The translations under genes and the position numbers were made by a program. Positions 50,619-58,355 of a DNA stretch of 64,000 bases are shown here, piece by piece. The DNA lies in assembly GCA_046758505.1 (NCBI GenBank), contig JBHIAH010000006.1:10517-74516 (forward strand), written 5' to 3'. How positions within the stretch are numbered: position 1 is the first letter of the stretch; each line of letters begins with the position of its first letter. Source of the stretch: Candidatus Methylomirabilales bacterium (GTDB taxonomy: Bacteria > Methylomirabilota > Methylomirabilia > Methylomirabilales > CSP1-5). The notes beneath the pieces were generated by a model. The model saw only the letters and a list, made by a program, of their open reading frames with translations. It searched no databases and was not told where the DNA came from.

Positions 50619-51761
50619 TCACCGTGCCAGCCGCTTGCCCAGGAGATTCAGCTTGAACTTCCTTACTGTATCAGGCATCAGCAAGTCTCCCCTCGGACTC
50701 TCGAAGTAAAGCGCGTCGAAGGGACATTGCACGATGCATGCTCCACACTGTACGCACTTCGCCGCCCTCGGCAGGGTCGCCACATGCCGAACCTGTTCCA
50801 CCTCGAAGACGGCCGTAGGGCACACCTGCTCACACAACCCGGCTCCCTTGCACCGGTCCGAGTCCAGACGGATCCGAAGCAGTCGGTCTTCGTGGAGGCT
50901 ACTTTTATAAACGGGGGTGCTCCCCATCAGGTCGAGACTCACAATCAGGACCACCACGATTGAGCTAAGGCCCCAACGGAACATCAAGTCCCAGGAAAAA
51001 TCACCGGCCAGGCCCGCATAGCCAGCGAGACCAAGCATGAAGAGCAGCCACAGGAGCAGCGAAACGCCTCGCTGGCCGAAGTCGAAGAACACGAAGCCGA
51101 CATGCTTCCCCCCGGTACGGAGGCGTCCTTCGTAAAGGGGAAAGCTTAGGAACATGAGAAGAGACAGTCCCCAGACCAGACCGACAAGCGGGAGCACTCC
51201 GTCCCTCCACACTGGAAAGACGACGAGCGCACCAACGAGGGAAATGGGAAATGCCCAGGCGACGGCCATTTCCATCCGCTGCGGCCACAGGAAGCTCACC
51301 CTGCACATTTCTGCGGTCTTCTCGCGTCCGCCGCTGAGAAAGGCGGGAATTGCGGCTGCGTACACCGGTCCCCACACGACTCTCCAACCGGTCTTCCCGT
51401 GAATGATCTTTCCCTCGATACCCGTTGCAGCGAGTTGCGGCAGGATTACCTGCCGGTGGTCCACGAGGTCTTCGATACCACTCGTCTTCAGGACTGAGAC
51501 GACGTTGTGATTGGTCAAATGCCCCCCCGTCGCGCCACACCATACGTTGACTCCGCGGCTGTTCGCAACCAGCAGGTATGCATCCATCCCTTCGAGGGCG
51601 CGCTTGACGCGTTCCACTGTGAGGTGGAAGTTACCGGTTAGAAGGACTGGTGAATTGCGGCCGGGGTTTCCGATCTTGACGAGACCCATCTTACACGGAA
51701 ACGGAAGCACCCGCAGCAGAGTTTGGAGGACATTGACCCAGACGAAAGTAAAATGCTTCAC
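50619..51761 (-). CDS. HgcAB-like fusion: CdhD-type corrinoid-binding domain, TM region, ferredoxin
   Basis: IGNP..SPVLLTGNF.LT, cap helix GVNVWCGATGG, ILPQLAATG, WGPV.A; CKGAGLCEQVCP and CVQCGACIVQCP. Confidence 0.88.
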   Translation of the reverse strand: MKHFTFVWVNVLQTLLRVLPFPCKMGLVKIGNPGRNSPVLLTGNFHLTVERVKRALEGMDAYLLVANSRGVNVWCGATGGHLTNHNVVSVLKTSGIEDLVDHRQVILPQLAATGIEGKIIHGKTGWRVVWGPVYAAAIPAFLSGGREKTAEMCRVSFLWPQRMEMAVAWAFPISLVGALVVFPVWRDGVLPLVGLVWGLSLLMFLSFPLYEGRLRTGGKHVGFVFFDFGQRGVSLLLWLLFMLGLAGYAGLAGDFSWDLMFRWGLSSIVVVLIVSLDLMGSTPVYKSSLHEDRLLRIRLDSDRCKGAGLCEQVCPTAVFEVEQVRHVATLPRAAKCVQCGACIVQCPFDALYFESPRGDLLMPDTVRKFKLNLLGKRLAR

Positions 51762-52426
51762 GGTACCACTCCAGCGGGCTTTTGGGCCACGAGCTCGATG
51801 AAGCTTTGCAGCGCACCCGACTTGACCGATAGGATCGTCAGACCCGCCTCGGTCAATCGCTTCGGCAACTCCGCGATGGGATGCGTCGTTTGCTGGGTGA
51901 TGAGGTAAGCAAGGACCACGAGAGGTGTTCTGGCCAACGACTGAACCACCCGGGCGGCAAGGGTTCGAGGTTTGACCTCATCTGCGACGAGCAGAAGGCC
52001 TCCGGGCCGCAGGATCCGCCCTACCTGCCTGAGGGTGTAGGCACGCTCATCCTCGCTCAACTCGGAGAAGCAAAGGCCACTCATCACTGCGTCGTACTTC
52101 TCTGCCTTCTCACCGTCCAGCTCGGCGACGCCCATCTCTACGAAGGTGACGCTTTCCGCAAGACCTGCTTCCCGCGCGCGCTGCGCAGCGATCTCGAGCA
52201 TCCGAGCGTTGATGTCGATCGCTTTCACCTTCCCCCCACGTCGTGCGGCCCGAAGCGCCAGGGCGCCAGTGCCGCAGCCGAGATCCATCACTTGCTGCCC
52301 GTCCTCGACGTGGCTCGCAAGGCGATCGTAGGCCCTATCCAAACATCCGAGCGTGAGGAGGCGGATACCGAGATCGTATCGACTCGGAGCGGATTCCAGG
52401 ATCCGCATCAGGACATACGTGCTCAT
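51758..52426 (-). CDS. Class I SAM methyltransferase coupled to the corrinoid fusion (CpaM-like)
   Basis: DLGCGTG, IDIN, LRPGGLLLVADE; GTGA overlap with the HgcAB-like start. Confidence 0.85.
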   Translation of the reverse strand: MSTYVLMRILESAPSRYDLGIRLLTLGCLDRAYDRLASHVEDGQQVMDLGCGTGALALRAARRGGKVKAIDINARMLEIAAQRAREAGLAESVTFVEMGVAELDGEKAEKYDAVMSGLCFSELSEDERAYTLRQVGRILRPGGLLLVADEVKPRTLAARVVQSLARTPLVVLAYLITQQTTHPIAELPKRLTEAGLTILSVKSGALQSFIELVAQKPAGVVP

Positions 52427-52496
52427 GGTAGCATCCACGCTGGTGGTTTGCTCCCAAGCGCGCGTCGCATCTTCCTTGCTGGGCACCCCGAGGGGT

Positions 52497-52598
52497 TCAA
52501 CAGGTCACAACTAGGGACTGGCGCCGCTCGGTCGGATAGCCGAGGGGGTCGAACAAGGTTTCAGCGGCCCGCAGGAGCAACTCTATATGCCCCGCTTT
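52497..52598 (-). pseudogene. polB 3' remnant C
   Basis: KAGHIELLLRAAETLFDPLGYPTERRQSLVVTC* vs PolB KERYVELLLRAAETLLAPVGYPAARLQSWLDTS*. Confidence 0.9.
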
Positions 52599-52642
52599 AC
52601 GAGCACGGACGCAAGTTCCCATTGATGGTGGTAACGAGCCGG

Positions 52643-53512
52643 TCATCTTACCGCTTTTAAGATGTCGGCTGTGGGATGCACTTTGTTGAGGCAGTAGAAA
52701 TGAATCCCGGGAGCACCGCCGTCCAAAAGTTGTTGGCACTGGCGGATGGCAAATTCGATCCCTGCTTTGAGGGTCGCATCCCGATCATCCTGTAACGGTG
52801 CAAAAATTCGTTTCACTTCGTCGGTGACGGTCGCGCCGCATAACAAACAGAATCGCTGTAAGGCCGCATAATCTGTGATTGGCAGAATGCCCGGAATCAC
52901 CCGCACGTGAACGCCAATTCTGCGCAGCCGCTCGACGTATTCAAAATAATCCTTGTTATCAAAAAATAGCTGCGTGATGACGAAATCCGCTCCCGCGTCG
53001 ATTTTCAACTTGAGAAACTCTGCATCCTTGTCCCTATCCGGACACAAAATATGTCCTTCGGGGAATCCCGCCACCGCAATGCCAAAATACTCCGCGTACT
53101 TCGCACGGATAAACGCGGCCAGTTCACTACTGTACTTGAAATTGTCATCCGTGGGTTGCCAGTCAGGTTGACCTTGGGGGGGATCACCGCGCAGGGCCAA
53201 AATATTTCGTATCCCCCGAGATTTAATGTCCTCCACGATTGCCGCGATATCATATTTTGTATTGAGAACACAGGTGAGATGCGCCATGCCAATGACATGA
53301 TGGTGGGCTTCGATATGCTGGACGATATCAAAGGTTTTTTCCCGATTTCCTCCACCGGCCCCATACGTACACGAGATGTAATCGGGCTGCAGTTCGCAGA
53401 GCTGGGCGATGGTGTTCAGTAAATTCTCATACCCTTTGTCCGTCTTCGGCGGAAACAGTTCAAACGAAAACGTTCGCTTTTGATGGGCAAAGAGATCTTT
53501 TATTCGTTCCAT
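52643..53512 (-). CDS. metF: 5,10-methylenetetrahydrofolate reductase
   Basis: FSFELFPPKT, TYGAGG, AHLTC, LALRGDPP, AGFPEGH, ITQLFFDN, HFYCLNK; visibly lower GC than flanks. Confidence 0.95.
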   Translation of the reverse strand: MERIKDLFAHQKRTFSFELFPPKTDKGYENLLNTIAQLCELQPDYISCTYGAGGGNREKTFDIVQHIEAHHHVIGMAHLTCVLNTKYDIAAIVEDIKSRGIRNILALRGDPPQGQPDWQPTDDNFKYSSELAAFIRAKYAEYFGIAVAGFPEGHILCPDRDKDAEFLKLKIDAGADFVITQLFFDNKDYFEYVERLRRIGVHVRVIPGILPITDYAALQRFCLLCGATVTDEVKRIFAPLQDDRDATLKAGIEFAIRQCQQLLDGGAPGIHFYCLNKVHPTADILKAVR

Positions 53513-53608
53513 ACGCAAGTATCCTTATTTGCAGGTCTCTTTCCGCGAGGCCCGCCTTGGACGGGATCTCGGCCCTCAGTAGCAGCATACCGAAGTGAGC
53601 CGAAGGGA

Positions 53609-53755
53609 TCAAGGGGCACCGAGTCAGGGGTAAATCCGCTCGGCCGGGTGGCCGACGGAGGCAAGCAGGGTCTCGGCCGCCCGTAACAGCAAGCCTCATA
53701 CCCCTCCTTATCATAGCTCTCGTCTCCTGTTGGCGGCACTGCCGGCCGGGCCCGC
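53609..53755 (-). pseudogene. polB 3' remnant B (frameshift and premature stop)
   Basis: RARPAVPPTGDESYDKEGYE / LLLRAAETLLASVGHPAERIYP*LGAP*. Confidence 0.9.
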
Positions 53756-53831
53756 GCGCCTATCAACATATCGTAACAGGACAAGCGGGCTGAGATGTCA
53801 AGCCAAGATTAGAGAGAGGGTGAGGATGGTG

Positions 53832-54644
53832 TCAATTCGCATGATGCGGTAATTTTCGTAGACAATCTGATCTCCTGACGAACGACGGCAACTCAGAATC
53901 CATCCTTGCGGAGCTGGCAGCTGCGAATGTCACGCCGTCGTCCGGAAGAAACATCTTGATCCACACCCCCCGCGAGTCGTACCAAAGCTCTCGATTGTGA
54001 CCATCTTGATCTTGCACAAGGTACCGTTCCGCATTTTCGGACTTGTTTTCGATCGATAAATTCTCCACTCCCTTATTGGAGGTGATCATCGATTCAAGTT
54101 CTCCCGTAATTGGGCTGATAACCTGTACGATATGGTCTGACCCCCTAAATACAGGATTCAAGAAATTCGTTGGGACGGCCTCTGCGGAAATTTGTTGACT
54201 CTTCTCTGAGCCAAATTGTTTGAAGAGTACATTATCTTTTCGAACAAGCGAGACCGTCATCGGATCGCCGAATTCATCCCATGGGCACACACTCGGTCGC
54301 GCCATTCGTACGAAAATGGAACACCAGCCTACGGTAAAAGACTCGAAGGCTGTTAGCGTTCCGTGGCGCCACACCTCCCTCCGTTTCGAGGCACGGCAGT
54401 AACCGGTGTCATCCAACCATTCCTCAGTTTCCACGACGACATCTTCGCCCTGTCGTGTAGATACAATCTTCTGTATTCCTGTCTGGTTGTTCTTGCGAGT
54501 AATCTCATAGTAGAACGTCCCCATGGGCCAATCCTGGGATAAAGCGGTGCCGCTCACAAAGAGAAAGGGGATCCAGACGAAGAGCCATCTTCCAAGTGTG
54601 ATCCAGGACTTTGTGTTCCTGTCAAGATTGCGCCGGTGAGCCAT
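53832..54644 (-). CDS. Secreted hypothetical protein (DUF6134-like)
   Basis: Signal peptide; RREVW.HG.L, ELWYD.RG.W pattern; lower GC than flanks. Confidence 0.6.
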   Translation of the reverse strand: MAHRRNLDRNTKSWITLGRWLFVWIPFLFVSGTALSQDWPMGTFYYEITRKNNQTGIQKIVSTRQGEDVVVETEEWLDDTGYCRASKRREVWRHGTLTAFESFTVGWCSIFVRMARPSVCPWDEFGDPMTVSLVRKDNVLFKQFGSEKSQQISAEAVPTNFLNPVFRGSDHIVQVISPITGELESMITSNKGVENLSIENKSENAERYLVQDQDGHNRELWYDSRGVWIKMFLPDDGVTFAAASSARMDSELPSFVRRSDCLRKLPHHAN

Positions 54645-54855
54645 TTCTCAGATTTTCCCCATCGGATGTCTGGCAAACCGAAACATTATGGTATTCCCGT
54701 TGTGCTAATTGCGCGCCCCGGCGTGCCCCTCGCGGATATGGAATGCAATTCCCGCACCAGCGATCGGCGGGAGCAGATGGGACGCCGCCGAAACTCATAT
54801 ATGTCCTGATCGTGTAAAGATGGTTTCGGAGCATCGCTAAGGATAGATAGGAAGC

Positions 54856-54927
54856 TCAAGAGGTGTCAAGCCATGACTGGAGCCGGGCGGCCGGATAGCC
54901 GACCGGGGCAAGCAGGGTCTCGGCCGC
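54856..54927 (-). pseudogene. polB 3' remnant A
   Basis: 69/72 nt identical to 58356-58427 including the stop codon; all 3 differences are synonymous. Confidence 0.95.
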
Positions 54928-54960
54928 ACGAAGCCACCTGGAGACGCCGTGGCATAAGAC

Positions 54961-55051
54961 GCTTGAGAATATGGGGGATCAAAGCATCCTCGTTTTGCTT
55001 TTTTCGTCTTCCGCGGCAAACGTTGCTATAATAGCCGTAGTATTGGACCAT
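54961..55051 (-). mobile_element. IS91-family transposase fragment
   Basis: MVQYYGYYSNVCRGRRKK resembles the conserved VRYYGxYSN.RG motif of IS91-like transposases. Confidence 0.65.
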
Positions 55052-55184
55052 TTTTTTCACACTGTTCATACATCTTTTACCCTTCCGTCGGCGTCGAGCA
55101 ATGCCCGCGTAACCTTCGCCCGCTATCGCACAACCTGACCAAGCCGGGCCGCCAGTACTGGCAAGACAGCGACTAGCCGAGGGA

Positions 55185-58058
55185 CTAGCTCCCCCGGGGA
55201 ACGGTGAGCGCGAATCGCTCGCGCAGCAGCCGCAGCGCTTCGGGCGTGAAGAGGTCCGGCGGTCCTCCCGCCCTGACTCGTCGGGCCTCGTCGGGGCGGC
55301 CGTCCAGGAAGAGGGCGAGCACCAGCAGGCGGAGCGTCGCGGCGTCTCCCTCCTTGCGCTCGTTCGCGGCGGCGTAGTGGGTCGCGGCCGCGGCGTAGTC
55401 CCGGTCGGCCAGGGCGCGGTGCCCGAGGAGGCGGTGGACCGCGGGGTCGGGATGGCCGGGGCCCGGGTGGTCCCGCAGCTCGGCCTCAAGGAGCCGCAGC
55501 TCGTCGGCGTTCGTCCCCAGCCTCCAGAGGACGAGGGTCCGGTAGTCCGTCATGGAGAGCAGCTCAGACAGCTCAACGATCAGATCCCGCTTGGGCCCGA
55601 ACTTCCAGGAGGTCATGCTGTCGTGGAACGCAAACCGGGCGGCGAAGTGGCGCAGGCTGGCGCGTCGCAGCCCCTCCGGCCACAGACGTCGGATGTGCCC
55701 GCTCGCCAGGAACCGGTGCTGGGCTCGACCCGGGTCGAGCAGCAGCGGGTAGAGCCTCTCCCACTCCGACGCTCCCCACGGGCTGAGCCGGTAAGGGAAG
55801 TCGTCGACGAGCGGGGGGATATCGCCGACGAGCTCGAGCATCCCCTCGCCATCGAGGACGAACAACGCGCCGAGCTGCTCTGGCGACTCGACGCCCAGGT
55901 CGCGGAGCTCGGCACCCATCCGGGGATCCTGCCACGGACGGCGGAACTCCTCCTCGCTGACGGGGCGACCACCCTCGCGCACCCCGAGCAGGATCCAGTT
56001 GCCCCCGCTGCCAACCCACAGCGACGACTCGGGGAACACATCCACCCAGGCGCGCACGATGGCGCGCAGGTCGGCCTCGTTGAGTTGGGGAACAGGCAGC
56101 CAGTGGGTCGCCATCCCGCCCGGCGCCAGGCGGTCGTGGGTGAGCTGAAAGTACTCACGCGAGTACAGGTTGACCACGCCGAGCCCCTGGGGTGGCGGGG
56201 GCTCGCTCGTGATCAGGTCGTAGCGCTCATCCGTCGTCTGGAGGAAGAAGCGCCCGTCCTCGATGGTGACCCGGACGCGCGGGTCGCGCAGCGGGTGGTC
56301 GGCGGGCGACGGGTAGACAAGCTCGCCCAGCTCGACGACATCGCGTGAGATATCGACCACGTCGATGCGCTCCAGGCTGGCGGTGTTGGCCAGCGCCCTG
56401 GCGGTCATACCGACGCCGTAGCAGATGAGCAGCGCGCGCCGCGGCCGCGGGTGGAGGGCGACCGGCAGGTAGACGAACAACTTCATGTAGCGCTGGGCGA
56501 CCGTGCTCGTGTCGGACATCGAGTGGCCGTTGGTGACGAGGCGGTGGTAATAGGGGCGGCCGAACCGGTCGGCGCGCAGATAGAAGATGATCTCGTTGGA
56601 GCCCTCGCGGAGCGCCTCGAGGTAGGCCCCCTCTTTCGTGAAGCGCTCGTAGGAGCTGGCGAAGATCCGCGCGCTCACGCTCCCCCGCGGGAAGAGCGCG
56701 CAGGCGAGCAGGAAGGCGACCGCGGTGGTGGCCAGCGCGATGCGCTCCGGGCGGACCAGTCCCCCCGGCGGCCAGGCGAAGGCAAGCAGCCCCACGCCCC
56801 CGTAGCCGAGCGCGAGGACTGCGAAGGAGGCCTCGACCCCCCAGCCGGGGACGAGCAGGAAGCCTGCAACCAGCGCCCCGAGCATCGCGCCGAGGGTGTT
56901 GGCAAGCGTCAGGTAGCCGGCGGCGCGCGTCTCGGAGCCCAGCTCGGTGTGGAGCTCCGTGCCGAGGAGCGTGAACAGGACGCCGGACAAGACGGAGACC
57001 GGGAGCATCAACCGCACCGCTCGCCCGATGAAGACCCACCCGACCGTGCTCCAGGCCAGGTCGAGGCCCAAGGCGGGGGACGCGTACAGGGTCAGGGTGA
57101 GGACGGCGGCGGCGCCCGAGAGCAGGGCGGTCGCCGCCGCCAGCCGGTCCTGCCGGCGGAGCCGCGAGTACCTGGATGCGAGAAACCCGCCGATCCCGAT
57201 CCCCGCCAGCACGACCGCGAGCATCACGGCGAACACGACGCTCGTCCCAAAGATGTGCAGGCGGAGGGTGCGGAACCACACCACCTCCAGGGCTAGGAGG
57301 AGTCCACCGGCCAGGAACGCGGCCAGGAGCAGGCGCAGGGCACGTCGGGTGAGCGGACGCGGCTCCGCGGCGACCGCTGGCCCTGGATCCGCCGATCGCC
57401 CGGCAGCGCCCCAATGCCGGGTCCCCCGCAGCACGACCAGCGCCACGCTCAGATCGAGGATGGCCGCGACCGCGGCGGTGCCGCGGACGCCGACCTGCTC
57501 GATGAGGACGAGCTCCCCGGCGAGGGCCCCCGCCATGGCGCCGAGGGTGTTGAGCCCGTACAGGAGCCCGAGGGAGTCGCCGAACCCGCGCTGGCGGGCG
57601 CACAGCTCCCGGACCAGGAGCGGCAGGGTGGCCCCCATCGCAGCCGCCGGGAGGAGCATCAGCAAGAAGGCCAGGCCGAGGCGAACGGAGTTGAGCGCCC
57701 AGGGCCAAGCGGTGAGATAGCGGAACACGGGTGCCAGGAGCGCGTTGAGCAGCGGGAACAGGAGGGCGAGCCCCAGCCCGAGCACCCCGATGAGCAGCTC
57801 GAGGAGCCCGTAGGCTCGCAACGGGTCACGCAGGCGCTCCCCCCAGCGGCCGACGACGCCGTTGCCGATGGCGAGCCCGCCCATGAAACTCGCCAACACG
57901 AGGCTGCTCGCCCACAGGCTGTTGCCGAAGGCCAACCCGGCCAGGCGAAACCACAGGGTCTCGAACACGAGCGCCGTGGCGCCGGAGAGGAAGAACAGCG
58001 CGTAGAGGACCGCTCCAGGGAGGGGCCCGGTCTCGTTGTCGGCGCGCACGGAGCTCAT
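55185..58058 (-). CDS. Fused membrane domain / spermidine-synthase-like SAM-dependent transferase
   Basis: LFFLSGATALVFETLW, LYGLNTLGA, HPRPRRALLICYGVG.T, VDIS, EDGR, YDLITSEPP; very GC-rich. Confidence 0.88.
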   Translation of the reverse strand: MSSVRADNETGPLPGAVLYALFFLSGATALVFETLWFRLAGLAFGNSLWASSLVLASFMGGLAIGNGVVGRWGERLRDPLRAYGLLELLIGVLGLGLALLFPLLNALLAPVFRYLTAWPWALNSVRLGLAFLLMLLPAAAMGATLPLLVRELCARQRGFGDSLGLLYGLNTLGAMAGALAGELVLIEQVGVRGTAAVAAILDLSVALVVLRGTRHWGAAGRSADPGPAVAAEPRPLTRRALRLLLAAFLAGGLLLALEVVWFRTLRLHIFGTSVVFAVMLAVVLAGIGIGGFLASRYSRLRRQDRLAAATALLSGAAAVLTLTLYASPALGLDLAWSTVGWVFIGRAVRLMLPVSVLSGVLFTLLGTELHTELGSETRAAGYLTLANTLGAMLGALVAGFLLVPGWGVEASFAVLALGYGGVGLLAFAWPPGGLVRPERIALATTAVAFLLACALFPRGSVSARIFASSYERFTKEGAYLEALREGSNEIIFYLRADRFGRPYYHRLVTNGHSMSDTSTVAQRYMKLFVYLPVALHPRPRRALLICYGVGMTARALANTASLERIDVVDISRDVVELGELVYPSPADHPLRDPRVRVTIEDGRFFLQTTDERYDLITSEPPPPQGLGVVNLYSREYFQLTHDRLAPGGMATHWLPVPQLNEADLRAIVRAWVDVFPESSLWVGSGGNWILLGVREGGRPVSEEEFRRPWQDPRMGAELRDLGVESPEQLGALFVLDGEGMLELVGDIPPLVDDFPYRLSPWGASEWERLYPLLLDPGRAQHRFLASGHIRRLWPEGLRRASLRHFAARFAFHDSMTSWKFGPKRDLIVELSELLSMTDYRTLVLWRLGTNADELRLLEAELRDHPGPGHPDPAVHRLLGHRALADRDYAAAATHYAAANERKEGDAATLRLLVLALFLDGRPDEARRVRAGGPPDLFTPEALRLLRERFALTVPRGS

Positions 58059-58147
58059 CGCAACCGCCCGTGGCTCATGGGGCCACGATAAAATTGGGGC
58101 GTGATCACAGCAAAATGCCCTCTCGGGTCTCCTAACCCCAAGAGGGT

Positions 58148-58163
58148 TGCAACGCTTGTGCCA
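58148..58163 (-). promoter_or_regulatory. sigma54 promoter
   Basis: Minus strand TGGCACAAGCGTTGCA, 90 bp upstream of the 58058 start. Confidence 0.7.
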
Positions 58164-58355
58164 CCAGCGGTTTAGAGGCTATCCCACCTCATCAGGAGAT
58201 CATCCGCCAGGCTACCAACCCGCCGTTTCCATTTAGTGAAGTGATAAGAACTCCCCTTTGGGCGAGAGCAACCCAACGAGCCAGGCGCTTCGTGTCAAGG
58301 GAAATAGAAACAAGGAGATACGGCGGTTAGAGACTGAAGAGCAGCCCGAAGGAGG

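Noticed and set aside
50619..51761. Bona fide mercury methylation genes hgcA/hgcB
   Set aside because: Fused architecture, cap helix lacks the AAGK consensus, and no HgcB C-terminal cysteines
53513..53608. SAM/SAH riboswitch upstream of metF
   Set aside because: No consensus elements recognised; the space is short and bounded by polB remnant B. An Rfam scan would be decisive
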